Sequence record: OQ108497.1
Length of the DNA: 64,000 nt
Reading direction: 5' to 3' (one strand)
Origin: Escherichia phage EC_OE_11
Part shown: in pieces, positions 18,739 through 28,878 of the stretch
Layout of the letters: each line of letters starts with the position of its first letter
Position numbering within the stretch: position 1 is the first letter of the stretch
Translations under genes and position numbers: made by a program
Notes under the pieces: generated by a model
The model's input: the letters and a program-made list of their open reading frames with translations, nothing else
The model's database searches: none
What the model was told of the DNA's origin: nothing

Positions 18739-19209
18739 TTAGTCAGATTCCCAAATGTTGTCTTTCTTAACCCACATTCGTTGATTATCTGAACCTCTAT
18801 AACGTTTCGTTGTTGGTTGATTCATATCATACTTACCATCTATCACTATGTCAACCAGTTTTTTAATTTTTTCTGGAATTTCTTCAAAAAGATATCCTGT
18901 ATATAAAACAATATCTTTTTTGTTTCCAAAACAATCTCTTACCTTCTCAAGAACATACTCTACAGTGTCAATGTTCTCTTTGTCAAGAGGTTCACCACCT
19001 AAAACTGTTAATCCTTTAATGAAAGGTCGAGATAAATCTTCCAAGATAAGATCTAATGTTTCAGCAGTGAACTCTTGTCCGTAGTTATACGACCAGGCTT
19101 TCTGGTTAAAGCAGCCACGGCAACCGTGGCTGCAACCGCTCACCCACAAAGAGCATCTTACACCGTCACCGTTGAGCATGTCAACAGGTTCATATCCGGC
19201 GTAATTCAA
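18739..19209 (-). CDS. nrdG: anaerobic ribonucleotide reductase activating protein (radical SAM)
   Basis: GCSHGCRGC CxxxCxxC cluster; 4-bp overlap with nrdD. Confidence 0.8.
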   Translation of the reverse strand: MNYAGYEPVDMLNGDGVRCSLWVSGCSHGCRGCFNQKAWSYNYGQEFTAETLDLILEDLSRPFIKGLTVLGGEPLDKENIDTVEYVLEKVRDCFGNKKDIVLYTGYLFEEIPEKIKKLVDIVIDGKYDMNQPTTKRYRGSDNQRMWVKKDNIWESD

Positions 19210-21005
19210 AAGTGTTTCTCCCTTTCTAGTACCTCTTGCATTTTACCTTTATTATAAGGGCGAGAGTTAGGGGCAGAAAGGTATCCTGACACTCTTCTGA
19301 TCACAGATATGGATTCTTCTTCATGATTACCGCAACTTGGACACTCGAAGCCTTTAGCCGTTGCTTTAAATTCACCATGAAAACCACATTTGAAACACTG
19401 ATCTACAGGTTGGTTCACGCCAAAATAAGGAATTTTGTTGTAGGCATAATCTACAAGAGTTTCCAGTGCTTGCAAGTTATTTTTAAGGTTTGGTGTTTCT
19501 ACATAACCTATGTTCCCACCATTACTAATTTGTGCAAAACCTTCCTCATAATCCCATTTTTGGAACGGGGTAGTGTGCATCCATACAGGTTGATGGAAAG
19601 AGTTTGTCAAGTAGTCACGATCAATAGAACCAGGATAGCGATCATTTAACGCTTTGGCAAATTTATAGCACAAGGATTCTGCTGGTGTTCCATACAAACT
19701 AAAAGCTAAACCAGAACGTTCTTTAAATGTGCAACAGATATCCTTCATATATTGAAGGATGTTTTTACCCATTGCTTTTGGATTGGTGTTATTTGGGTAT
19801 AAAATTTCCATAGCTTCTGCTAAACCTACATAACCGATACTAATAGAGGCATAACCACCCTCAAATAGTTTACCAATCTCTTCATTAGCTTCTAGTCGAG
19901 CTAAAGCCCCTTCCATAAACAATGTAGGGTTTTGAGATGCTTTGGTATGTCTAATACGGTTAACACGTAGCATATGTGCCTTATACGCCATCTCCATATG
20001 TTGTTCCAACAGTTCAGTAAATAAGATGCCCTTTTCACGGGACTCTGCTGCAATGATAGGTAAGTTTAAAGAAACCACGCCTAAGTTGAAACGACCATCA
20101 TATTTTTCACCTTGCTCTGTTGCATAATATGACAAGAAACTACGGCAACCCATGCTTGTGACGCGACCATCTGAAGATCCTGTAACTTCTTTGTTTAAAG
20201 GTACAGAGATAAAATCAGGATAAATGCGTTCAGCACAACACTCCATTGCCAGTTGCTTCAAATCATAGTTTGGATCGCCAGCTTTCATGTTAACACCATC
20301 TTCCAAGAAGAAGATAACTTTAGGAAACACAGGAGTTACCCTATCTTTTCCTAATCCTTGTTTGTGCACCATTAGGTAGTTTTTAGTGATCATTCTACCA
20401 AAAGCAGAGGTATCCAAGCCTAAACTAATTGTTATAAAAGGTGACTGACCATTTACACTCATCAAGGTGTTCACCTGGTAGATTAAAGTTTGCATTGCAT
20501 CGTAAACCTGTTTATCTACCATACGCATAGCAATATCATAATCGCCAACATCGGCATAGATTTTATTAAAACTTGCTTTAACGTATTGACTAAGCCCAGT
20601 ATCAATATGTGCACAAGTTTGTCCACCATATTGGCTAGAAGCTACTGCTTGAATAATTTGAGTTAGGACAGTAGTTGCTACACCGATAGATTTTGGTTTT
20701 TCAATATGTGCATTACCAATACGGAAACCGTTCTCAAGCATATCTTGGTAATTTACCAGGCAACAATTAGTTAGAGGTGAGAGTAAATAATCTAAATCGT
20801 GAATATGACCATACCCACTTTTATGCCATTCTGCCAGATCTTCCGGTAAAATATGGGTCATTGCCATGTGCTTGCTTAGGATACCTGCTAGTAAGTCTCG
20901 GTGAGTATTAACAATCATTGCAGGTTTGTTTGCATTTTCACGAGTAAATTCTTCGGATGTTTGTTCGAGGAATCCGATTACATCCTCATATAGTTTTTGG
21001 GTCAT
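19206..21005 (-). CDS. nrdD: anaerobic ribonucleoside-triphosphate reductase
   Basis: C-terminal glycyl-radical RVSGY motif and CFKCG..CPSCG zinc ribbon; start moved to ATG at 21005 with GGAGG SD. Confidence 0.9.
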   Translation of the reverse strand: MTQKLYEDVIGFLEQTSEEFTRENANKPAMIVNTHRDLLAGILSKHMAMTHILPEDLAEWHKSGYGHIHDLDYLLSPLTNCCLVNYQDMLENGFRIGNAHIEKPKSIGVATTVLTQIIQAVASSQYGGQTCAHIDTGLSQYVKASFNKIYADVGDYDIAMRMVDKQVYDAMQTLIYQVNTLMSVNGQSPFITISLGLDTSAFGRMITKNYLMVHKQGLGKDRVTPVFPKVIFFLEDGVNMKAGDPNYDLKQLAMECCAERIYPDFISVPLNKEVTGSSDGRVTSMGCRSFLSYYATEQGEKYDGRFNLGVVSLNLPIIAAESREKGILFTELLEQHMEMAYKAHMLRVNRIRHTKASQNPTLFMEGALARLEANEEIGKLFEGGYASISIGYVGLAEAMEILYPNNTNPKAMGKNILQYMKDICCTFKERSGLAFSLYGTPAESLCYKFAKALNDRYPGSIDRDYLTNSFHQPVWMHTTPFQKWDYEEGFAQISNGGNIGYVETPNLKNNLQALETLVDYAYNKIPYFGVNQPVDQCFKCGFHGEFKATAKGFECPSCGNHEEESISVIRRVSGYLSAPNSRPYNKGKMQEVLEREKHF

Positions 21006-21023
21006 TAATCCTCCGTGGAAAAT

Positions 21024-21048
21024 AAAAGCCAGCATTAAGCTGGCTTTA
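21024..21048 (-). terminator. intrinsic terminator upstream of nrdD
   Basis: AAAGCCAGC-ttaat-GCTGGCTTT followed on minus strand by TATTTT. Confidence 0.6.
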
Positions 21049-21094
21049 GGGTGGATCTTTATTTTAAATCTTTTTCGTAAGATTGTCCTTGATC

Positions 21095-22045
21095 TTAGTC
21101 AAGGTTTTTGGTAATACGTGTACAACCGTCAGAAGTCAAACCGTCAACTTGAGTTTCCCAAGTACCATGAATATTTCGGAACAATGTTGTTACACCTTTT
21201 GGTTCATTAATAATGATTGCCATAACAAGTTTAGGATCGATAACAGACATAATCTTTTCCTCAATACCCTCTGTAATAACGTTATTGCGCACAATATTAA
21301 TTGCATCTTCTTGTACAGTAAGAACACTTACGTTCTTAAGAGTATATACCTGCTGTGTAGTGTAAATGATACGAACATAACTTACAGAACGAGTAGGCAC
21401 AGGTTTACGCGGTCGGCGAAAACGTGGTTTTGGTGAAGATTCAGTTTTACTTTCATCTTTTGAATAATACTCCTCAAACAGTTTAGTAAATGTTTTTACA
21501 TCAACTACAAACCGATCTTTCCGATATGGAGAATTCTTATGTGCACCATTAATACCACTGTTTTCATCGAAGAAAGTAATGTTTTCTTCAGTTGAATACA
21601 TTAGATAATGATCTGCATTGTTCCAATGTGGTTGTGGACAACGAGAATTACAAACGGAAAGCAGATAATTAATATTTTCTTTCGTGGCCTCAGTATCCAG
21701 GAAACACGTATTATGCACAGTCAGTTGTACTTTTTCAGCCATATCCTTTTCTTTATCCCCATTGGTAAGATATTCAGTACGAAGAATTTCCAGAAAATTT
21801 TCAGGTGTTACTTCCATAAATGTATATTCAGGATGAAGTTCCATATATTCAAATCCACAACCATCTAATTGCTGTAGAAAGTTAGGGTAGAAGAACAAAT
21901 CATTAACACTGTGAATCAGATCATTGATTTCTGCTTCAGTTGTGTAACCAAAACTTTTGTGAATTGCCTCGTTAAGAGTATGCAGGATACCCATCTCTTC
22001 TGCTGCTTTTTTAACTTCCAGTTTATTAGCGTAAAATGCAATCAT
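21095..22045 (-). CDS. hypothetical protein
   Basis: 316-aa ORF. Confidence 0.55.
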   Translation of the reverse strand: MIAFYANKLEVKKAAEEMGILHTLNEAIHKSFGYTTEAEINDLIHSVNDLFFYPNFLQQLDGCGFEYMELHPEYTFMEVTPENFLEILRTEYLTNGDKEKDMAEKVQLTVHNTCFLDTEATKENINYLLSVCNSRCPQPHWNNADHYLMYSTEENITFFDENSGINGAHKNSPYRKDRFVVDVKTFTKLFEEYYSKDESKTESSPKPRFRRPRKPVPTRSVSYVRIIYTTQQVYTLKNVSVLTVQEDAINIVRNNVITEGIEEKIMSVIDPKLVMAIIINEPKGVTTLFRNIHGTWETQVDGLTSDGCTRITKNLD

Positions 22046-22062
22046 TATGTTCTCCTTCTAAA

Positions 22063-22497
22063 TTAGTTTAAAATTTCTTTTGCAATGGTAGAAGCAAGTT
22101 TTCCATCATATTGATTCGGATACTCTGCTTTAAGGTGTTTCATCATATCTGGCATTTTCTTGCCTGTCAAGGCAAATTCTTCAGCAATAGCTCGAAGATC
22201 ATCTTCAGATAGCATTTCTGGCAAATATTTTTCCAGAGCGGTGATATCACGCATAGCTCGCTCACATTTGCTAATGGAGGCATTAACTTTCTTAAGTGAG
22301 TCTAGTTCCTCTTTAGCGTGTGCAATACCAATCTTAACAATGTTAATCATAATATCGTCTTCTGATTTGTTTAGATTTGCCTTTTGAGTACGAGCAAGGT
22401 CAAACTCACCAATAATATTAGTTAACAAAGCAAAAGCACCCTTATCGGTTGTACGTGCTAAGATACGATCTGCTTTCATTTGTGTCACAATAGACAT
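22063..22497 (-). CDS. GatB/YqeY-domain protein
   Basis: 144 aa with YqeY-like pattern (EKYLPEMLSEDDL...DGKLAS...KEIL). Confidence 0.6.
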   Translation of the reverse strand: MSIVTQMKADRILARTTDKGAFALLTNIIGEFDLARTQKANLNKSEDDIMINIVKIGIAHAKEELDSLKKVNASISKCERAMRDITALEKYLPEMLSEDDLRAIAEEFALTGKKMPDMMKHLKAEYPNQYDGKLASTIAKEILN

Positions 22498-22509
22498 TCT
22501 ATTCTCCTC

Positions 22510-23082
22510 TTATTTGCTAATGCTTTGAGTTTTGTTTACAACACGGTTTATTGCCAGTGAAGCCCTAGGCTCTGCAATACCTGTTGCATAGATATAAGGA
22601 TGACCTTTTGGAGACTCCCTCATACCGAATGAACCTAATTCTAAACCATATTCATCCTCTACGTCAACCCCAATATTAGTGGGTACTAAATATGTTTTAA
22701 CTCCATAATAAGTAGAGAAGAAACAGCGCATAGCGTTAGCATACTCTTCAATTGTAGCATCAGGGTAGAACTCAATCAACTCCAATTTCAAGAAAATATT
22801 AAAATGGGTATCATCTAAATTTTCTTCTGTACGGTAACATGGTGTTAGTGCCATATACGGATTACCTGCTGCAAATTCAAAACCATCCTTCTCCATTTGC
22901 AGGAAAGATTGTTCTGCACTAGCTACATAGTATTTACCGTTAGGATGCCCTAATGGGCGATCCTCTTTATTTTCTGGTAGTGTGTACGCCAGTATATCAG
23001 TATCCACGAGATATGGAACTTCTAACATTTGTGCAAATCGACCATAGTAATCAATAGCTTGAGCTATTACTGCAACATTCAT
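22510..23082 (-). CDS. class II aminoacyl-tRNA-synthetase-like catalytic core protein (tentative)
   Basis: Motif-2-like CYRTEENLDDTHFNIFLKLELIEF; only 190 aa, so a truncated ligase-like domain. Confidence 0.35.
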   Translation of the reverse strand: MNVAVIAQAIDYYGRFAQMLEVPYLVDTDILAYTLPENKEDRPLGHPNGKYYVASAEQSFLQMEKDGFEFAAGNPYMALTPCYRTEENLDDTHFNIFLKLELIEFYPDATIEEYANAMRCFFSTYYGVKTYLVPTNIGVDVEDEYGLELGSFGMRESPKGHPYIYATGIAEPRASLAINRVVNKTQSISK

Positions 23083-23330
23083 GATCGACCTCCGTTGCGG
23101 AATGCACGTTTAGTAATGTTTGACATAGTGATCAAATCTTGAAGCGTCATATCAGGAAAATGCTGTTCAAGAACACCCTCAACAGCGCCTACAATATCTG
23201 ATAACTCAATAAGTTGCATCAGCTTGCAATCTTGATCAATAGCATCTTGAAGTTCATAAAGCTCTTCTTGAATCTTAGCAACAGAACCATATTCCTCTTT
23301 GCTAATCTCCTTCAAATGATACCCTGCCAC
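23079..23330 (-). CDS. MazG-like nucleotide pyrophosphohydrolase (small), tentative
   Basis: 83 aa with EExxELxDA-type acidic helix motif. Confidence 0.4.
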   Translation of the reverse strand: MAGYHLKEISKEEYGSVAKIQEELYELQDAIDQDCKLMQLIELSDIVGAVEGVLEQHFPDMTLQDLITMSNITKRAFRNGGRS

Positions 23331-23340
23331 TTTAACCCCC

Positions 23341-25077
23341 TTAGTTTACCAGTTTATTTATGTCTGGTAAAAGATTTATTTCACCTAAAAAATCACCTTC
23401 ACCTTCCTCTAGCCAACTCTCATATGCTTGTGCATGATTATAGTTACCATCAAAAGACTCTGCAACAAATTTTTCTACAGTTTTTCGAGATGTGCCAGCG
23501 CCAAATACACCAAGTTTAATACCATTGATCGGTAAAGTGGTGCTTGTAGGTACTTTCTCTGTTGCAACACGGTTGATATCTATAATCTCCTGTACGGTTG
23601 TGTTCCATTGTAAGCATTTAACACAACGGGTATGCGCTACATACAGTAGGTTTCGCTCTGCCTCTTCTAGTCCTACCCACTCACCAGTCTTTTTATCATA
23701 GTTGGAAGGAAAATCATTAGCAACAATAACCTGATCCCACTCCAAACCTTTAGACTTATGTGCTGTAGTCAATGTGACTTTTGCTGTAGGAGAATTTCTA
23801 TGCGTTCTAAGTGTATGTGCTATAGTGTTTGCCTTACCAGAAACTACAATGTTTAACAAGCGTTTAGCATCTGGATCAGCCTCTGCACACTCGACAAATT
23901 CATTCCAGTCTGCGTAAGGTAATACAGTTTCATGTTTTACTTTCTCAATATCTCCTCTCCGAAGAGCATTAACACTATCTACCATAGAGATAAAATCCCT
24001 GGTATCTACGTTAATAATAATTTCTTCCCCATCTGCAATACGATCCATTGCCTCCATAAGCAAGGTTAAATTCTTGCGAAAGATGATGGTGTAAGGTTTT
24101 GTATAGTCTACAACATCTGATTTGTAGCTACCTACTACAGTATCAAAGCCTTTACCAACCAAAGGATGACGCAAAGGTTCTTTATCACTTAAAATCATAT
24201 TCGCAATGTTTGCCACTTTGGGGCCAAAACGGAAGCAAGCAGTTAATGGAAGCTCTGCCCCATATGTAGAGGTTTCCTTCATCATATTTTGGCTTCCACG
24301 GAACTGGTAGATGCTCTGATATTCATCCCCCACCACCACTACTTGTTTTGCAGATTTAGCATTTCGCAGAATAGACAAGAATGCAGGGTTAACATCCTGG
24401 AATTCATCCCCAAAAATAATGTCATAACCAAGATCAGCACCTGATAACTCAAACAATTTTACATAGGTGTCATGAGTCATCAAAGTATCTGTGTTAGGAT
24501 CAATGCGCTCTCGCCACAATTGTTTTGCATACTTAACTACTTCTGTAATTAGTTTGTGTTCGTTAATACCTTTTCTTTTAATATCTGCAAGATGTACACT
24601 AGGAAAATGTTTACGGCTGATAAAAGGATCATCCGAAAATTCAAACTTACCTACGGTTTGCTTGATCATTAAACCAATCATAGCACGAGTTAAAAGTGTT
24701 TTCCCTCGTTTATCAATAAGATTATTAATCTTGAATTTCTTTGCTATCTCGCTACCTGTACCTGCAACGTTAACATACTGTCCTTCTGGTCGTGACAGTT
24801 TTGCACGTAAACGATGATCCAGGAATTGATAGCAAATGGAATGCAATGTACGGCATTCTACATTTGGTGGCATCTTACGCCGTGCTTCTTCTGCCATGCT
24901 TTTATTGAAAGCTAAGTAAAGAATGCGATCTTCTGTACTGTTAGCCAGCAAATAAAGTGTTGACGTTTTGCCTGACCCAGATTTAGCTTGGATAGTTAAA
25001 AAGCGATGATCTGGAAAAGCCTCCTTAATAGCTGTTTGCTCTTCTGTTGGAGTAAAACTCAACTCTTTCTTAGCCAT
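23341..25077 (-). CDS. UvrD/PcrA-like SF1 DNA helicase
   Basis: Walker A AKSGSGKTST, DEFQD, C-terminal TAHKSKGLEWDQV; start moved to ATG at 25077 with AGAGAGG SD. Confidence 0.75.
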   Translation of the reverse strand: MAKKELSFTPTEEQTAIKEAFPDHRFLTIQAKSGSGKTSTLYLLANSTEDRILYLAFNKSMAEEARRKMPPNVECRTLHSICYQFLDHRLRAKLSRPEGQYVNVAGTGSEIAKKFKINNLIDKRGKTLLTRAMIGLMIKQTVGKFEFSDDPFISRKHFPSVHLADIKRKGINEHKLITEVVKYAKQLWRERIDPNTDTLMTHDTYVKLFELSGADLGYDIIFGDEFQDVNPAFLSILRNAKSAKQVVVVGDEYQSIYQFRGSQNMMKETSTYGAELPLTACFRFGPKVANIANMILSDKEPLRHPLVGKGFDTVVGSYKSDVVDYTKPYTIIFRKNLTLLMEAMDRIADGEEIIINVDTRDFISMVDSVNALRRGDIEKVKHETVLPYADWNEFVECAEADPDAKRLLNIVVSGKANTIAHTLRTHRNSPTAKVTLTTAHKSKGLEWDQVIVANDFPSNYDKKTGEWVGLEEAERNLLYVAHTRCVKCLQWNTTVQEIIDINRVATEKVPTSTTLPINGIKLGVFGAGTSRKTVEKFVAESFDGNYNHAQAYESWLEEGEGDFLGEINLLPDINKLVN

Positions 25078-25078
25078 T

Positions 25079-25555
25079 TCAACCTCTCTTAATTTGTTTA
25101 ACAAGCATAGGAACAAAATCTCGTTTTAAAATTTGTTCAATAATGTGATCAGGTAGCTGTTGGAAATTATAATTAAAAGCTACTGTTTCACCTTTAGGTG
25201 TTTCTACTCGCACATATAACATGTTGCGAAGTTTATCCACTTGTGCTGTATATTCTAAACCACGTAATTGATGCATTGCAAACATCAAATCATCAGTTTC
25301 AGTTTGGAATCTATCCCTTGTCTGCATCAAGGATAAGGCAAAAGGTAGATTTTCCCTAAGAGCCACCTTCTTAGGCACTAGTGAAGGGAAATACTCCCCA
25401 ATAACTTCCTGTGTAAGCTGAATACACTCTTTTTCAAGCTGGTTTTGTTCCTTGAGTTCACAAACACTTTTTTGTAAAGTGTTAACCTCTTTTTGCAAAG
25501 CTGCTAGTTGAGCACTTAACTTTCTTTTTTGATTACGACCAAAACGTTTAGACAT
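25079..25555 (-). CDS. hypothetical protein (coiled-coil N-terminus)
   Basis: 158-aa ORF. Confidence 0.5.
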   Translation of the reverse strand: MSKRFGRNQKRKLSAQLAALQKEVNTLQKSVCELKEQNQLEKECIQLTQEVIGEYFPSLVPKKVALRENLPFALSLMQTRDRFQTETDDLMFAMHQLRGLEYTAQVDKLRNMLYVRVETPKGETVAFNYNFQQLPDHIIEQILKRDFVPMLVKQIKRG

Positions 25556-25563
25556 ATTTCCCC

Positions 25564-26079
25564 CTAGTAAAACCCCTTAACAATTTGTATTAACTCGGCA
25601 CAACGGTTGACCAACTTTTCCTCGTACAATACACGTTGTGGCATATGTTGTATAATATACTCCATTTGCTCATGCCATGTCCACTTTTCTTTTTTGTCTG
25701 GGATAACATCACTAGCACGAGAATTATCTTTTAATGTTTGTATAATCCAATTGCTTGGAAAGTGCTCTCCACCTTTCTTAAATGGTTTATAGTGGCCTAG
25801 AGTGAATTGAGAATCCCCTGTTAGAGCACCCAATTTATTTAGATGGATAATCAAACTACGAAACACGTAGTATTCATAGATGTTATCCACCGTATAGCAA
25901 GCATAATATTTCAAGATGCCCTTATCTCGCGGATACTTACCAACATCCAGATTACACCAGTTGACATTTTCTGGATCATAGTGGTGTTCCTTAAGCCATA
26001 TTTCTCTTTCATCAAAGTCTGGATATATTACCGCCCTGCTTACAGAGTCAACAAGTGGAGATTGAGCATCAAAAAACAT
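25564..26079 (-). CDS. hypothetical protein
   Basis: 171-aa ORF. Confidence 0.5.
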   Translation of the reverse strand: MFFDAQSPLVDSVSRAVIYPDFDEREIWLKEHHYDPENVNWCNLDVGKYPRDKGILKYYACYTVDNIYEYYVFRSLIIHLNKLGALTGDSQFTLGHYKPFKKGGEHFPSNWIIQTLKDNSRASDVIPDKKEKWTWHEQMEYIIQHMPQRVLYEEKLVNRCAELIQIVKGFY

Positions 26080-26100
26080 TATATTTTCCTTATTGGTTTG

Positions 26101-26466
26101 TTAAACGTTTTCTAAATCTTTTAAGGCATTACCCAACGTTAGAACAATAACATCGTTTGCTGCCTCTTCCCCATTGATATTGGTGAAATTTGGTGTGACA
26201 AAAGTAACCATATAAAACTCGTCCACCTGGAAGATAGCAATAACACCATCCATCTTAACATCTTGACGAAAGGAAAAACCAATCATCTTCTCTTGCAAAG
26301 GCATATCCCCTTCCTTCATTACCGCCAGGGAGTTTTCAGGAATGTTATATTTATCTGCTCCGATGTAGATGTACGTAATGTTATCTTTATCGTGATGATA
26401 CAGGGTTGCTTTTTCCATGTCTAAACCTGACAGATCAAATACGTTAATTTCTTGTGTAGTCTTCAT
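26101..26466 (-). CDS. hypothetical protein
   Basis: Start moved to ATG at 26466 with GGGAGG SD. Confidence 0.5.
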   Translation of the reverse strand: MKTTQEINVFDLSGLDMEKATLYHHDKDNITYIYIGADKYNIPENSLAVMKEGDMPLQEKMIGFSFRQDVKMDGVIAIFQVDEFYMVTFVTPNFTNINGEEAANDVIVLTLGNALKDLENV

Positions 26467-26830
26467 AAATATCCTCCCAAATCCAATAATCATCTGTGTA
26501 AGTAGGATGCCTTTTATCCCACTCTGTTCTAGCCCAAGCAACCGCTGCTACCAACACATCACCATGACAAGGTTGAGGTGAGCAGAAGCAAACTAAGTCT
26601 TTCCCTTCTAATTCTAACAAATCTTCAAGAGTGATTTTACCACAACGAATTTGCTCCCACAACCACTCTTTATATCTTTGTATAGTTGATCCTCGTGGTT
26701 CATCATCCTTTAACTTGAAAGGATTTGCAAACTTTGAGGCTTTTAACCCCATATGAGGCATAGCTCTACCAATGTACACTGCACCTTCAGGTATTACTTT
26801 ACCTAAGTGGTAAAAATTTAATACTTTCAT
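26444..26830 (-). CDS. DUF4326-like protein (tentative)
   Basis: CFCSPQPCHGDVL motif. Confidence 0.4.
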   Translation of the reverse strand: MKVLNFYHLGKVIPEGAVYIGRAMPHMGLKASKFANPFKLKDDEPRGSTIQRYKEWLWEQIRCGKITLEDLLELEGKDLVCFCSPQPCHGDVLVAAVAWARTEWDKRHPTYTDDYWIWEDIYEDYTRN

Positions 26831-26831
26831 A

Positions 26832-27182
26832 TTAACCCAAACACATCCGCGCGATCAAGCCTTGTATAAATTTATTAGCTTCTTTACTGTCGTAGTCAGT
26901 CTCTTCTGGATATCCATCTTCATCGTACACAACTGTACCTTCAATATACCCTGCCTCAATTAAGGCGCGGATCATATCAAATTGCCAGCATGAGTTACCA
27001 AATGGACGTTTACCATTAAAACACTCTTCTTCTCTCCATAACGTAGAGAGTAGTTGTCGGAAATATTCCCGTACAGTGACAGTACCAAGATCTGAATCCT
27101 CAAACATAACATCCAGAGCATCAGGATTGCTTTTCTCTACGTAAGGAATATATTTAACACCATTAATAGTTACATCAAGCAT
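26832..27182 (-). CDS. hypothetical protein
   Basis: 116-aa ORF. Confidence 0.5.
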   Translation of the reverse strand: MLDVTINGVKYIPYVEKSNPDALDVMFEDSDLGTVTVREYFRQLLSTLWREEECFNGKRPFGNSCWQFDMIRALIEAGYIEGTVVYDEDGYPEETDYDSKEANKFIQGLIARMCLG

Positions 27183-27545
27183 TTATTTCTCCTTATCATC
27201 ATATTCTAGGAACATATCTGCACGATATGCTTTACGCTCTTCAAACTTAGCAGGATTTACAACAATAAGCAATACAAGGTTAACATCTAAATACTTCTTA
27301 ACAAATAGAAATAAATCTTTTCCACAGTTAAAACCTACACCAGTATAGGCATCCCCATATTGATCTACTGATTTAATCTTCTTACTAACCGTACACTCTA
27401 TGCTATTCTTTTCTTCTTGGTATAAGGCTTTCCCACCCCAATATGTAAAGAATTTAGTACCGTCAGCACCAAGTTTAAAACCTTCTGTTGCATGTCCAGC
27501 AAATGAAAGTAAACATAACCAAGTAATCATCAGGTACTTTAGCAT
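27183..27545 (-). CDS. secreted/periplasmic protein (signal peptide)
   Basis: Start at ATG 27545 (GGGTGG SD); N-terminal signal-like MLKYLMITWLCLLSFAGHA. Confidence 0.5.
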   Translation of the reverse strand: MLKYLMITWLCLLSFAGHATEGFKLGADGTKFFTYWGGKALYQEEKNSIECTVSKKIKSVDQYGDAYTGVGFNCGKDLFLFVKKYLDVNLVLLIVVNPAKFEERKAYRADMFLEYDDKEK

Positions 27546-27546
27546 T

Positions 27547-28029
27547 TTAACCACCCAATTGCAAATGTTTAGAAAGAACAATATCCCATTGATCACCACA
27601 ACCGTTATCTATGCGGAACATAATGTACGTATCATCTTCTTCTACAACATACCGTACCTCATAGGAGTTACAACAGCCTTCCCAATTTTTAACGGCTTCT
27701 GGTGTATGATGTGTAAGAATTTCATTACCATCATATGACCAAAACAAAGGGGTAAGGTTTTCGAAGGTCAGTGAAGTAGGGTTTACTTCATCTTTAACTG
27801 CTTCCTCATATTCCTTATGCGTTTGTACTGCTTTAGTTAGTGTACTCATGTCTATCTCCTTTTCTCCTTCTTGACTATGGAGGATAGCGAACTCTCTAAA
27901 CTCCACCTCACGCCATGTTTTCAGGTAGTGCTTTATAATTTGATCAACATCTGCCTGTTCAACGTTACTTTTCAAGCAATAGTAGTCATGGTCTTCACCC
28001 ATTCTACCCCATATGCTATACATTGTCAT
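27547..28029 (-). CDS. hypothetical protein
   Basis: 160-aa ORF with AAGGA SD. Confidence 0.5.
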   Translation of the reverse strand: MTMYSIWGRMGEDHDYYCLKSNVEQADVDQIIKHYLKTWREVEFREFAILHSQEGEKEIDMSTLTKAVQTHKEYEEAVKDEVNPTSLTFENLTPLFWSYDGNEILTHHTPEAVKNWEGCCNSYEVRYVVEEDDTYIMFRIDNGCGDQWDIVLSKHLQLGG

Positions 28030-28297
28030 CTGATTGATCCTTCACATTGTTCTTGGCATACACAGGAATAACATCATGGTGATCTTTATTACTTTCGTCT
28101 GTTAAAGCCCAAAACAACTTACCTGCCGGATGTTTAAAGATGTAAGCAATAGGTTCCTCTTCCTGTGCTTCTTTGCTACGGATGCCATCCCGCCAGGCAA
28201 GCCAAGTGTAGATCATCATCTCTTGACGTTCTTCTTCATTAGGCCACAGATGGGGTAGAAAGTTTTTATCAAACCATTGCTTAAACTCTTCAGTCAT
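28016..28297 (-). CDS. hypothetical protein
   Basis: 93-aa ORF with AAGGAG SD. Confidence 0.5.
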   Translation of the reverse strand: MTEEFKQWFDKNFLPHLWPNEEERQEMMIYTWLAWRDGIRSKEAQEEEPIAYIFKHPAGKLFWALTDESNKDHHDVIPVYAKNNVKDQSDDNV

Positions 28298-28307
28298 AGT
28301 CTACTCC

Positions 28308-28472
28308 TTAGCGTACAAAGTTAACTTCTGCTTCTTTCAGCTTTGACACTTCTACATAACCACCATGATCATCTTTAATCCATTCTTTTCCTTTACGGAT
28401 GATAACAGGATATGTAGAGTGAGTAAGTTTAGGTACAGATCTTTTTGTTTTAGTGATAGAAATGTTTTGCAT
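28308..28472 (-). CDS. small hypothetical protein (54 aa), not in ORF track
   Basis: ATG at 28472 preceded by TAAGGAG SD; stop overlaps SD of next gene. Confidence 0.45.
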   Translation of the reverse strand: MQNISITKTKRSVPKLTHSTYPVIIRKGKEWIKDDHGGYVEVSKLKEAEVNFVR

Positions 28473-28532
28473 AGTAATCTCCTTAGTAAATTTTACATAG
28501 AGTCTAGATTATTTAGTAGGTAGAGTCAATAA

Positions 28533-28799
28533 CTAATTACTGTTAGATCTGTACTCTGTCTTCCATTCACAATGGTAAACTTCAACAGGTTCTAACTTCC
28601 AGTGTTCAGGAACTAGTTCAGGACAATATCTACAAAAGAGAAATAGATAGATAACTAAGACAGGTATTAAATAGTAAAATGGTATACGATCATAACCATA
28701 CTTACGAGATAACATGTAGACATATAGATAGGGTATAACAATTAATCCTATAACTATAAGTAAGAAGAGAAGTATAAACCTTAGTGTAGTAACATCCAT
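28533..28799 (-). CDS. small membrane protein
   Basis: 88 aa, two TM helices. Confidence 0.5.
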   Translation of the reverse strand: MDVTTLRFILLFLLIVIGLIVIPYLYVYMLSRKYGYDRIPFYYLIPVLVIYLFLFCRYCPELVPEHWKLEPVEVYHCEWKTEYRSNSN

Positions 28800-28878
28800 A
28801 GTATTCTCCTATACAGTAATATACTCTGTTCCTGCCCCTCCATGAGTGACAGGAACAATATCTATAGAGAATACTAAC

